DNA from: a virus
Lineage: Duplodnaviria > Caudoviricetes
DNA length: 64,000 bases
Reading direction: 5' to 3' (one strand)
Virus record (IMG/VR): IMGVR_UViG_3300020017_000193
Coordinates: 5,031 to 69,030 of that record
Below the pieces are notes generated by a model that saw only the letters and a program-made list of their open reading frames with translations, made no database searches and was not told where the DNA came from. Made by a program: the position numbers and the translations under genes. Below, piece by piece: positions 1 to 8,889 of the stretch (its first letter is position 1; every line of letters begins with the position of its first letter).

Positions 1-92
1 TTTCTTTTGAGAACTTGCACCTGGCCGGCTTTCGTTTTCGCGCCGGTAAGCGTGCAAACCTCTTCATGCGACAGGAAGTGAATACCGTCCAT
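1..92 (-). CDS. DUF4224-type putative excisionase, 5' part only (runs off the left edge)
   Basis: Manual translation from ATG at 92: MDGIHFLSHEEVCTLTGAKTKAGQVQVLKR, matching the DUF4224 pattern; lies at the end of the left operon where xis/int are expected. Confidence 0.7.
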   Translation of the reverse strand, partial: MDGIHFLSHEEVCTLTGAKTKAGQVQVLKR

Positions 93-94
93 AA

Positions 95-316
95 CTACCT
101 CCCACCGGCCGCCGTGGGCCGGGCTGTCTTGATGATGTGAATGACCAGGCTGAAGGTGATCAGCATCCAGCCACAGGTGCCAGCGAAGGCGTAGAGGATG
201 TCGGCTGTTTCGCCGTCCGCCAGAAGGCGTGGGCCGAGCCAAAAGAACCAGCCGGCGCTGGCGACCGCGTACAGCAAAGCGCCCAGCAGGATCAGGGTGA
301 GTTTGAATGCGAACAT
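95..316 (-). CDS. Small two-TM membrane protein
   Basis: 73 aa, two hydrophobic stretches, packed into the leftward operon. Confidence 0.65.
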   Translation of the reverse strand: MFAFKLTLILLGALLYAVASAGWFFWLGPRLLADGETADILYAFAGTCGWMLITFSLVIHIIKTARPTAAGGR

Positions 317-358
317 GTGGTGTCCTTGCCGCGCTGGGCGGCAGAAGGTGGGTTAGGG

Positions 359-1213
359 TTATGCTCTTTCGCAGAGGTCCAGGCCGATCTGGCTTACGCG
401 ATCGACACAGGCGGGGTTAAGCCAGATGCATTCGGTTCGGTTCGCGGTGCCGCGCCCTGCGCTGATGCGGGCGGATGTGCTGTAGCTCGCCCAGCCGGGT
501 AGCAGCTCCGCGTACAGGTCACTCGGGTAACCCGATAGCACGACCATTCCTTCTAGTTCGAGCAAAACGCCGAGTAGATCTCGATGTGCGGCGTCATCCA
601 TCTCGTGTCTGTAGTACCGTCCGCTCGACGCGCCCTTGTACCTGGTGTCATGCACATAGGGCGGGTCGACGTAGTGCAATGTCTGCGGCCCGTCATGCGC
701 CTTGATCACCTCGATCGCGGGGCGGTTTTCGATTAGGACGCCGCTCAGCCTCTGGCCAACCTCGGCGAGCTGCTCTGGATAAGTAGCCCAAAGTGATTGC
801 GCGGTGCCGTACTGGCGTTTGGTATCGATGCGAAAGCCAGTGGCGCCCTTGGTGGCACCGGCGGAGCCGAAGCCCATTTGCGCCCTGATGATTGTTCGTC
901 TTGCACGCTCGATCGGCTCGGTGCTCGGTTCCCAAGACAGTTCGAACTCTTCGCGGGAATAGGGCGTGAATACCAGGCTCTCAACAAGTCCCGATCGCGA
1001 ATCCTGATCCTGCAAAACCCTAAACAGATTCACGATGTCGCCATCGAGGTCGTTGTACACCTCGGCATACGACCGAGGCTTTTGAATCAGCACGCCAGCG
1101 GCGCCGCCGAACGACTCTACGTAGCAGGTGTGCGGTGGGAAGTGTTGCAACACCCACGGCGCAAGCCGGAACTTGGCGCCGTGGTACCGGATGACCGGGG
1201 CGGTGATGGTCAT
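359..1213 (-). CDS. dam: DNA adenine methyltransferase (D12/Dam family)
   Basis: IRYHGAKFRLAPW, ESFGGAAG (motif I), NDLDGD, VDPPY (motif IV); start moved to MTITAPVIRY at 1213. Confidence 0.92.
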   Translation of the reverse strand: MTITAPVIRYHGAKFRLAPWVLQHFPPHTCYVESFGGAAGVLIQKPRSYAEVYNDLDGDIVNLFRVLQDQDSRSGLVESLVFTPYSREEFELSWEPSTEPIERARRTIIRAQMGFGSAGATKGATGFRIDTKRQYGTAQSLWATYPEQLAEVGQRLSGVLIENRPAIEVIKAHDGPQTLHYVDPPYVHDTRYKGASSGRYYRHEMDDAAHRDLLGVLLELEGMVVLSGYPSDLYAELLPGWASYSTSARISAGRGTANRTECIWLNPACVDRVSQIGLDLCERA

Positions 1214-1308
1214 AAATATTTTCCAGGCGTGCGCCCGCCGTTCACCGGCAGGCATGTAGGGGAATGGAGTAATGGCTTTTTGCTCAGGTTTCTCAACCCT
1301 TTGGATGG

Positions 1309-1593
1309 GTGTACAACAGGTGTCGATTCGTTGCGCCTGTGGGAGGACGCGTGTCACATAATCTGGATGTGCCGATCGCTCATGAGTACCGAGGTCACAC
1401 GGTATTCCTCAAGTTCGTCTGGAAAAGGCCGAACGACCCGGTGCCTACATCCGCGACAATCATCGAGCCCGTGGACATACACGGAATGGGTGAAGTCGCT
1501 GCTGAGCTTTCAGGGCCGTGGGCCGATTACCCAGCCGCATTGGACGAAGCAATGACAGCGGCAGAGCGCTGGGTTGATAGTCAGCTTCCGTGA
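1309..1593 (+). CDS. Hypothetical small protein (counter-oriented moron); start uncertain
   Basis: ORF opposite to the operon; plausible globular sequence (HEYRGHTVFLKF...AAERWVDSQLP). Confidence 0.55.
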   Translation: MYNRCRFVAPVGGRVSHNLDVPIAHEYRGHTVFLKFVWKRPNDPVPTSATIIEPVDIHGMGEVAAELSGPWADYPAALDEAMTAAERWVDSQLP

Positions 1594-1635
1594 TTCCTCC
1601 CGCCGCTCACCGGCAGGCATGTAGGGGGATTGGGG

Positions 1636-1956
1636 TTAGGGGTTCTTGCGCTTTGGCGGGGAGGGCGGGAAGCCGAAATACATACGGCGCTTTCCGGTTC
1701 CGCCGCATTCGCGACAGCCACTGGCTTTATGGGCGCTGTATCCGTAGCTGCAACTGGAGCAGTCACAGCTGCAACCAGAGCACTCCACAGTGCACCGGGC
1801 TTCTTGCTCCACCACATCATTCCTGGTGATCAAGTAGCTTGAGCGCCGGTCCAGTCGAAACCCGGTGATCTTCTCTGCGTCCTCATAGGTCGCTGGATCT
1901 CGCCTGAAACCCCAGCGCGCGGCCGGGTCGTCAACGATTCGGGTAACAGTTCTCAT
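1636..1956 (-). CDS. Hypothetical Cys-rich phage protein
   Basis: CTVECSGCSCDC and CRECGGTG motifs; RBS-like spacing; operon orientation. Confidence 0.7.
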   Translation of the reverse strand: MRTVTRIVDDPAARWGFRRDPATYEDAEKITGFRLDRRSSYLITRNDVVEQEARCTVECSGCSCDCSSCSYGYSAHKASGCRECGGTGKRRMYFGFPPSPPKRKNP

Positions 1957-2005
1957 GGCCTCGGCCCCTTGTAGATGAAGACGTAGGCGAACCAGAGGGT
2001 GGCGA

Positions 2006-2584
2006 TCATGGCGTCACCGGCTTGAACTCGACCACCCAGATCCACGGGTTGGCGTCCCAATCGCCGCCGGTACCGATCCAAAGGTCTTGGAACGCAAAGG
2101 CAGGTGACTTGAACCCGAACTGATGCCAGTCATCAACGTTGCTCGGATCATGCGGGTGCCAGTGCCAGCCACCACGGACGTGAGGAATGATCCCCTCGGC
2201 CAGCGCCTGCTCTTCGCTGATGTCCTGCAACCGCTCGACGCGCACGTCGGTGATCTCCAGCAGGATGCGGCTGTGTCGGCGGAACATGTGAATGGCCGGC
2301 GTCCACTTCTTCACCTGGCAGTGGGCGCCGTCGTCGGTGTCGGCGCGGTAAGTAAGGCGACAGCCGATATCGGCGTGAGTCTCGCGCACCCACAGTCGTT
2401 CGCCGCGTCGGCCATATGGGCAGAAGTGATTCTCTGGCAGGGCGACGTATTCAGGCGTGAAGTCGGCTAGGAAGTTGAGGCCGGAGCCTTTCACCACTCG
2501 CCGCGTTACCGTCTTCCGGCCTTCCAGGATGGCGCGCACCATCGGCGCCGAAAAGAGTATTGGCCGTTCCTTTATTTCAGGCAT
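2006..2584 (-). CDS. Conserved phage protein (KERPILFSAPMVRAILEGRKTVTRR family, ASCH/PUA-like)
   Basis: Recognisable N-terminal motif and C-terminal RVERLQDISEEQALAEG...NPWIWVVEF. Confidence 0.8.
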   Translation of the reverse strand: MPEIKERPILFSAPMVRAILEGRKTVTRRVVKGSGLNFLADFTPEYVALPENHFCPYGRRGERLWVRETHADIGCRLTYRADTDDGAHCQVKKWTPAIHMFRRHSRILLEITDVRVERLQDISEEQALAEGIIPHVRGGWHWHPHDPSNVDDWHQFGFKSPAFAFQDLWIGTGGDWDANPWIWVVEFKPVTP

Positions 2585-2708
2585 GCCGGGTTCCTTGCCG
2601 CTATAGCGGCTGACTTTGAAGGGGGAGGGGATAAGCAGAAATATATAAGTACGTCGCACTCAAGGCCGCGAAATAGGCCCATACTCCGGCGCTTTGGGGG
2701 GCTCGGAA

Positions 2709-3032
2709 ATGTTCACTCGCGGTAGAACCTTTTGGGCTTGGGCAAATCCGCACCTTCATTGCCGAACCAAAGATGAGCGTCTTGCTGACGGCGCTCAGGT
2801 CAACGTTCAGGTGCGGACTTCAAGCACAGGCGCTGTGCAGCTGTTTCTTGGGTTATACGCTCCGAAAGGAATTATGATTTTTGAGGAGTCGTTTGAGTCG
2901 CGGCCTGGCCAAACAATGACGCAAGCGATGGAGTGGGGCATATCCAGAGCAAAAGAACTCTGGACTACCTCCAGGGAAAAAGCTCTGAATACGCGTAAGT
3001 TTTCAAAGCTCCCTCGATCGATATCTGAGTAG
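2709..3032 (+). CDS. Hypothetical protein (counter-oriented moron)
   Basis: ORF MFTRGRTFWAWANPHLHCR... with upstream GGGGG/GGAAA; resembles a Pseudomonas hypothetical family. Confidence 0.6.
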   Translation: MFTRGRTFWAWANPHLHCRTKDERLADGAQVNVQVRTSSTGAVQLFLGLYAPKGIMIFEESFESRPGQTMTQAMEWGISRAKELWTTSREKALNTRKFSKLPRSISE

Positions 3033-3141
3033 TCCACGTGACCGCTCATCGCTCTATTTGAATGCGCACATGTAATTAGATGTCACTGCTTCGGTGGGAA
3101 CATTCCGGGGCCTCCGGCAATACCCGCCGCAAGGCGAATTT

Positions 3142-3360
3142 ATGAGCGGAATAGACGACTTCAGATTTAAGTCCCACCACCTTCTGATCGAGCTAGATGC
3201 AGCGACAAGTATGATGATGCAGCTGGTTTCATCCAAGGAAGTGGTTGGGGCTGGTTGGGACGCTGCCGCCCTGCGCCACCATGAAGCCTTCGAGGCTTGG
3301 AGCGATTTTCTCAACTCTCCTGAAAGCCCTTTGGCTGAACCGGCGCCGCCTATTCACTAG
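3142..3360 (+). CDS. Hypothetical small helical protein (moron)
   Basis: AAGG RBS before MSGIDDFRFKSHHLLIELDAAT. Confidence 0.6.
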   Translation: MSGIDDFRFKSHHLLIELDAATSMMMQLVSSKEVVGAGWDAAALRHHEAFEAWSDFLNSPESPLAEPAPPIH

Positions 3361-3490
3361 CGCTCGTTACCAGATCTTGGGCATTCACAACCGTCATGCC
3401 GAGGCGTTCTGCGATCAGGACTTCCAGGCGGGCGCCTTGCGACTTCTCCCAGTCCGGCAGCAGGGCGATCGCACAGCATAAGCCTAAGGG
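3350..3490 (-). pseudogene. C-terminal remnant of a DUF4406-family gene
   Basis: LGLCCAIALLPDWEKSQGARLEVLIAERLGMTVVNA matches the DUF4406 C-terminus; the expected N-terminus (IYLSGPM) is absent and AT-rich sequence lies upstream. Confidence 0.7.
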
Positions 3491-3707
3491 GCCGCGGTCG
3501 TAGGACGCTGAGTGTTTCGACAGCGGAGTTGATGCTGGATAGTTTAAACTCTTGCTCCCATTCATTGGGCTGGATACGCTCACCCTGCTTGCACGGGTAG
3601 TAGCGAACGCCATACCAATTGCGGCCTTTTTTACTGTATTTATAGGCATGCTCCCCAACTCGGGACGATGTTAAATTAACCTGAACCTATTTCATCATGG
3701 AGTGCAA

Positions 3708-4295
3708 ATGGAGCGTGTAGATGCGGCTTCGAGGGTCGACCACCTGTTAAATGAGTCGGATCGCGGTTGCGTAATAGTTGGTGTGGCAATGCTGGATAGC
3801 GTTCTTACTGACTATCTTCGAGCAGTGATGAAAAAAAATGGCCTTTCGAATAGGTATGCAGTGAAAGTATTCGATGGGAACGGCGGCCTCGGTACTTTTT
3901 CTGCTAAAGCACAAGTGGCGCGTGGGTTCGCGCTAATAAGTGAGGATATTTTTCATGATCTCATGGCTCTTAGGAAGCTTAGGAATGAGTTTGCACATGC
4001 CAAAAATCCATGTAGCTTCTCAGATGTAAAAGTTACCTCTCAAATTGACTCCATGAGGTTTGCTCAGTGGCAGAAGGCAACTTGGTCGCGCGAATTTTCA
4101 AATAATGGAGTCATAGAACTTTTAAAAGATAAGGATATCCTTGTTTATAAGTATCTATTTTGTGCTGCAGTTAGCGACATAAATATCGCAATGCTCGAAA
4201 GCAGACTAAAGCACTTCAAGATTGACTTTTCCGATTTGGCTAGTGTTCGACCTAGCCACTATATTTCTACGCCGTTTTCATCAGAGCTTCAATAA
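3708..4295 (+). CDS. MtlR/MltR-family (HEPN-fold) protein
   Basis: ESDRGCVIVGVAMLD, GGLGTFSAK and LRKLRNEFAH motifs; AT-rich; convergent with dcm. Confidence 0.8.
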   Translation: MERVDAASRVDHLLNESDRGCVIVGVAMLDSVLTDYLRAVMKKNGLSNRYAVKVFDGNGGLGTFSAKAQVARGFALISEDIFHDLMALRKLRNEFAHAKNPCSFSDVKVTSQIDSMRFAQWQKATWSREFSNNGVIELLKDKDILVYKYLFCAAVSDINIAMLESRLKHFKIDFSDLASVRPSHYISTPFSSELQ

Positions 4296-5190
4296 CGCGC
4301 TGTCCCGCCAGCGGCGGAACAGCGTTACCTGTCATGTGCATGGTCAGCCGGTGGTTGTCCGGCCGCAGTGTCTCTTTCGGGAACGACTGCGCGGCCATGG
4401 CTTCATTGGCGGTGATCATGCGCATCCGGTCACCGTCGACCACGGCCCAGCGGTCTAGGGTGGTGATGGTGCCGATCGGACGGTCGAGGCTGCGCCCGGT
4501 GAGTCCTGACCCTGAGCCGTAGTAGGGCATCACGAACCGTTCGCCGAATCGTTTTCGCCCATTCTTCACGCGGGTCAGCGTGGATTCGGCACGGCCTGGC
4601 TTGATGATCGTTGACCACTTGCCGGCGTTGAAGTCGATAATCTCGCTGGCCGGCACGTGCTGGTATTGCTGTAGCTGCAGGAGTAGCGGTGCCTTGCTGC
4701 GTGAGCAGACCATGAATAGGCGCACCCGGTGTTGGGGAACCCCGAGGTCGGCGCAATCCACTATGTGCGGAGCCAGCGAGTACCCCAGGCGCTGCATCGC
4801 GTCGGCCCAGGCTGGGTAGAGAATCCAGTCCATGAACTCCGGAACGTTCTCGATGATGGCGAAGTCTGGTCGGTTGACCTCAGCGTTCGCCACCGGTGCC
4901 CAGGCCGTTGAGCGCGAGTTGTCGTGCTGTGGGTTGCCTGACGCCTTGCCGCGCGCCTTGGTGTGGCCCTGGCAGCAAGGAGAGGCCAGCATCACGTCAT
5001 GCTTTGGCACCTGCGACCAATCAGCTTGATGCAGGTCCTGGCACACATGCAGCGTTTCTGGATTGTTCTTGGTGTGCCACTCCACGGCGGATGGCCAGTG
5101 GTTGGCGGCCCATAGGACGTTGAGCCCGGCGTCTTTCCCGCTTCGGGTAAATCCGCCAAAACCAGAAAACAAATCAATTGCTGTGCGCAT
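4267..5190 (-). CDS. dcm: DNA cytosine-5 methyltransferase
   Basis: DLFSGFGG (I), ASPCCQ (IV), IENV (VI), QHRVRLF (VIII), GNAVPP (X). Confidence 0.93.
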   Translation of the reverse strand: MRTAIDLFSGFGGFTRSGKDAGLNVLWAANHWPSAVEWHTKNNPETLHVCQDLHQADWSQVPKHDVMLASPCCQGHTKARGKASGNPQHDNSRSTAWAPVANAEVNRPDFAIIENVPEFMDWILYPAWADAMQRLGYSLAPHIVDCADLGVPQHRVRLFMVCSRSKAPLLLQLQQYQHVPASEIIDFNAGKWSTIIKPGRAESTLTRVKNGRKRFGERFVMPYYGSGSGLTGRSLDRPIGTITTLDRWAVVDGDRMRMITANEAMAAQSFPKETLRPDNHRLTMHMTGNAVPPLAGQRVIEALMKTA

Positions 5191-5237
5191 GCGGGATCCT
5201 CGCCGGTATAGTTCCGGGATCTTCAGGGGAGTGGGTT

Positions 5238-5723
5238 ATGAGTTTGGAAGTAGTTTCTTGCTGGATTGAAGCGCATCCAGGGTTAGCGTCTTGGGTTCAA
5301 GCAGTAGGTTCAGTTGTAGCTCTGTCGTTCGCAGTCATACTTCCATATTTCAGCAGGCGTGCTGATAAAAGGCAGGCGGAAGACAACAGGGTTTCTCTGC
5401 TAACTATCCTTTTTTCCGACGCAGAACTGGTGGTCGAGTCCTGCATTCTGGAGATTGACCAATCTCGAACGAAAGCTAGGCTTGATGCTTCTCTTTCGAG
5501 GCTGAACGCATTCATATCGGGGGAGAACACCCTTCTCGTCGCCCGCTCGGCACTCCGCATAAGGTCTGATATAGAGAGCCTCCGTGATGATCTAGATAAG
5601 GAGATGCACATGATTTTCTTAGAGGAGAGAAAGATATCCGTTATAAGGTCGCTGCATGAGGAGACTCTTGCTCTACTGTGGTCGCGCCCGCACCTCCTGA
5701 CGCCGCTTCGACCAACGAAGTAG
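5238..5723 (+). CDS. Membrane-anchored moron protein
   Basis: GGGGAG RBS; N-terminal TM segment (ASWVQAVGSVVALSFAVILPYF) followed by a helical domain. Confidence 0.7.
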   Translation: MSLEVVSCWIEAHPGLASWVQAVGSVVALSFAVILPYFSRRADKRQAEDNRVSLLTILFSDAELVVESCILEIDQSRTKARLDASLSRLNAFISGENTLLVARSALRIRSDIESLRDDLDKEMHMIFLEERKISVIRSLHEETLALLWSRPHLLTPLRPTK

Positions 5724-5726
5724 AAA

Positions 5727-6359
5727 TTAGGGCGTGTTGTTTGCACCACAATTCAGGCAGTCTTCCCGGTAGCGCTGCGCGTCGCTGATGAACCGGCCGC
5801 AGCCGCCACAGTTGAAAACTTCCTCGCGTGGTTTTTTCGGTTTAACCAATTTGATGCCGGTGCCGCGCAGTGCCTGCTTGAGATCAATGTCCTGGCGCCA
5901 TACGAGCCGGCGGCGTATGGATTCGATGTAGTCAGCGGACCAGAGCTTTAGCGTTCCTGTCGATAGTTCAGTTGCGAACTCAATCCGCGACTTCTCCAAA
6001 TTCAGGTTGCAGGCGCGGCCGAGGTCGGCGGTGAATTGCGCCTTGCCCCAGCCCATCCAGTAGGCGTCATTTCCGTTCCAACTGCCTGGCACTTGCAGGT
6101 AGACGCGGCACTCTGGTGCCAGCATGGCGTTGCTGGCTTGCTCGTCCATCAACTGGCAGTCGACGCCATAGTGGGCGCGCTCGTCGATGTACTGCTTCGG
6201 CCATGGGATGTCGGTGTCACGGTGCCCGCAGGCCTTTTCTTTGGTGTACAGCTCGCACTTGTCCAAGTCGGTGTAGTAGCCGCGGTGCGCCTTTCCGTGA
6301 AAGGTCACGCCGTCACCGACGTGACTGCGACTGTCTTGAAGGTAAAATTCAGGGGGCAT
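5727..6359 (-). CDS. Hypothetical phage protein with C-terminal Zn ribbon
   Basis: FNCGGCGRF...CLNCG; internal duplicated motif (DGVTFHG...YYTDLDK / DAYWMG...FTADLGR). Confidence 0.75.
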   Translation of the reverse strand: MPPEFYLQDSRSHVGDGVTFHGKAHRGYYTDLDKCELYTKEKACGHRDTDIPWPKQYIDERAHYGVDCQLMDEQASNAMLAPECRVYLQVPGSWNGNDAYWMGWGKAQFTADLGRACNLNLEKSRIEFATELSTGTLKLWSADYIESIRRRLVWRQDIDLKQALRGTGIKLVKPKKPREEVFNCGGCGRFISDAQRYREDCLNCGANNTP

Positions 6360-6481
6360 GGATTATCTCCAGTCAAGCGCCGCCATCCGGTTACCGGATG
6401 CAGCGAGTAGGGTGATGGCACGATGCTTCCAAGTGACTTCATTAGCATCTAATATCTCTCGCTCATTCGATGGAGCGAGCT

Positions 6482-7174
6482 ATGAAGGTCAGATCAGAAG
6501 TTTTAGGTGGGGTGGTTACCGGAGCCTACCTAGTAGGTGTAGCCACCCTCGTTTATTGGAAACGCACAAATATCCCAGATCTAGAACTCAATGAGATAGG
6601 GGATTTTCTCGCAGGAGTTTTTGGGCCGGTGGCCTTTCTGTGGTTGGTGCTGGGCTATTTACAACAAGGTCGCGAGCTAAAGCTGAGTTCTGAAGCCTTA
6701 CAACTTCAAGCGCAAGAACTAAAGAACTCAGTTGAGCAGCAGAAAGAGCTTGTTGATATAACGAGGTTACAAGTTGAGTCGGAGATTAACAGGTTGAGGT
6801 CGATGCAGGAGCGTAGGGAAAAGGATATCATGCCTGAATTATTTATTACTTCAGATGATACAGTTCGCATTGGGCAGCAATGCTTCTTACAATTGCATAT
6901 GGGAAATGATGGTGCTGCTATATTTAAAGTTGCGATTGATTTTGGTAGTAAGTTCAGTTATTTAAATTCCATCATTCCTGAGTGGCCCAAGGGGAAGTTT
7001 CAGCAGTTTGCTATTAAATTTGATCTAAATGATCCCCTTGTGGAAGAGGTTGTCACAATAGCCTATAAGGATGAGGATCATAATACCAAGGCAGTCTATT
7101 TTGATATCAGGCGTGTGGGTATCTCTGGTGAAGGTGAAATTCCTCAGTTTGAAGTGCAACCCCGAGCTAAGTGA
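6482..7174 (+). CDS. Two-TM + coiled-coil moron protein (N-terminus resembles putative abortive-infection membrane proteins)
   Basis: LNEIGDFLAGVFGPVAFLWLVLGYLQQGRELK...QAQEL; AT-rich; counter-oriented. Confidence 0.75.
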   Translation: MKVRSEVLGGVVTGAYLVGVATLVYWKRTNIPDLELNEIGDFLAGVFGPVAFLWLVLGYLQQGRELKLSSEALQLQAQELKNSVEQQKELVDITRLQVESEINRLRSMQERREKDIMPELFITSDDTVRIGQQCFLQLHMGNDGAAIFKVAIDFGSKFSYLNSIIPEWPKGKFQQFAIKFDLNDPLVEEVVTIAYKDEDHNTKAVYFDIRRVGISGEGEIPQFEVQPRAK

Positions 7175-7178
7175 CGAT

Positions 7179-7655
7179 TTAATCACGATCGATATTCATC
7201 TGGAGCGATTCGGCGAAACCGGCTTGTCGTATTTTGCGCGCCACGTTTTCCGATACGGCTAGATTGTGGCGCGGAAATTCGAAGTAACGGGCGGACTCTT
7301 CAGCGCCCAGTGAGTACGCATGTGCAACCAGTCGCCAGATGGTCGTTCGTTCTTTCGTCTGACCCAGTTCGGCGGTGAGCGCTGCCAGCCGGTCACGCAT
7401 CCCTTGGCGGAAGTAGTGACGGATGCTGTCGGACGGCCCTTTGACTTTCGGCGGTGCCGACGGCAGATCCTCGGCCCGGCCATTCAGCACCAGCAACTGG
7501 ACGGCCTCGCTTACCTCTTCGATCTCATGCCAGAGCATCAACTCGTCGAGCATCTGCCGGGTGCCGTACGGGACCGTGTGCCGCAATTCCTGCTCGCCCA
7601 GCTCCTGTCGCTTCTCGGCAAGCTTGGCTGTGCGTTCCTTCTGTTCGGTTGCCAT
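7179..7655 (-). CDS. Hypothetical phage protein
   Basis: 158 aa ORF in operon orientation with an internally repeated helix-turn pattern. Confidence 0.7.
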   Translation of the reverse strand: MATEQKERTAKLAEKRQELGEQELRHTVPYGTRQMLDELMLWHEIEEVSEAVQLLVLNGRAEDLPSAPPKVKGPSDSIRHYFRQGMRDRLAALTAELGQTKERTTIWRLVAHAYSLGAEESARYFEFPRHNLAVSENVARKIRQAGFAESLQMNIDRD

Positions 7656-7724
7656 GGCCTACCTCTTCTATTCCGGTGGCCGGCAGTGCGAGCCAGGTTT
7701 GTCGTTTGCGTTGCTGGATGCGGG

Positions 7725-8318
7725 CTATGCGGCGCATGAAGTGCTGCCACGTTGCGCTTTGGGGTAGTCGATGCCGTGTGCGGCGATGATCCGCTCAAAG
7801 GCCTTGTTGCCGATCGCCAGTTTGCCGCAGCACTGGCGCCGGGTGATGCCCAGTTCCAGGAAGGCGCGAATCCGCTCGGCGTACTTCGCGTCGCGGGCCT
7901 GAACCTGTTCGCTTCGAACTGCGCCGTTGGCGCCGCCCCGGGTTGGCTTCTTGAAGGTGATGCCGTACTCCTTCGCGAAGCTGTAGAGGGTGCGCCGGCT
8001 CAGGCCCAAGGCAACCGATGCTTCCGTTTGCGTGTGCGTGGCTCCCAGTTCCCGAATACGCTCGGCAAGCTCGTCGCGTTCCTGCTGGCGTATATCTTTT
8101 GAGTGCAGGGGCAGGGGAGTCGCCTCAACTCGCCGGCGAACAAACGGCTTCGGTGCCGGCGGCATCTGGTTGCTGTAGGTGATGGGTTTGGGCTTATACC
8201 CGATGGGCGCTGCTTCTTCGATCTGGCCGCCGCCGGCCAGGAACTTGGCGACCTGGGTCGCCAGTTCATCCGAGGCCGGGCGCAGTGCCTCGACCAGGCT
8301 GAGGTGGTTGCTGATCAT
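7725..8318 (-). CDS. Phage protein with C-terminal HTH motifs
   Basis: TQTEASVALGLSRRTLYSFA and ITRRQCCGKLAIG; start moved to MISNHLSLV. Confidence 0.75.
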   Translation of the reverse strand: MISNHLSLVEALRPASDELATQVAKFLAGGGQIEEAAPIGYKPKPITYSNQMPPAPKPFVRRRVEATPLPLHSKDIRQQERDELAERIRELGATHTQTEASVALGLSRRTLYSFAKEYGITFKKPTRGGANGAVRSEQVQARDAKYAERIRAFLELGITRRQCCGKLAIGNKAFERIIAAHGIDYPKAQRGSTSCAA

Positions 8319-8325
8319 AATGGCC

Positions 8326-8889
8326 TCACTTGATCCGTATCGAGCTATCACCGCGCTCAAGGTGCGCCCATTTGGGCTCTTCGAGCAGTTCGTGTTCGGC
8401 GTCCTCGCCGGCGGCCATTCGCTTGCGCACCGCCTCGTTGTGATCGCGGATCTCCTTAAGCTTGGTGGCAATGGCCTTTTTGTCTGGGGTGATGCTTGAT
8501 TTCACAGAGGTCAATTCGTCCGGAACTGCTTCTTCGTTATCAACGATCACCCGCTCACTGCCCATGGCCAATGTGATGGTGAACAAGGGGCGTTTGATCG
8601 ACTTGATGTTGGCGGCTTCCATGTTGCGCCGCAGGTAGTCGCTGATCTGCGAGACGCTGTTGGATTTGACGCGCTTCAATTCGGCCAGGCGATCAATTTC
8701 GTTTTCGATAGCAGTGACGTCGCTCTCGATATTCCGGCGCAGCATGACGATGTTGTCGGCCTTGATGTTGAAGTCGTCCTGGATCTCGTCCATGGCGTGC
8801 TGCAGGGCCTCTTTCAAGCCTCCGTCGTCGGTGTCGGCCATGGCCTGGAGTTCGGCGAGCTTTCCGGTGAGTGCGTAGAGTTGAGTCAT
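8326..8889 (-). CDS. Siphovirus Gp157 family protein
   Basis: MTQLYALT...KADNIVMLRRNIESD...EIDRL...IKRPLFTITL...PDKKAI pattern. Confidence 0.9.
   Translation of the reverse strand: MTQLYALTGKLAELQAMADTDDGGLKEALQHAMDEIQDDFNIKADNIVMLRRNIESDVTAIENEIDRLAELKRVKSNSVSQISDYLRRNMEAANIKSIKRPLFTITLAMGSERVIVDNEEAVPDELTSVKSSITPDKKAIATKLKEIRDHNEAVRKRMAAGEDAEHELLEEPKWAHLERGDSSIRIK

Noticed and set aside
7525-7737. ORF MRRIARIQQRKRQTWLALPATG...
   Set aside because: The N-terminus looks like a small phage gene, but it overlaps 7179-7655 by 130 nt and its true extent is unclear.
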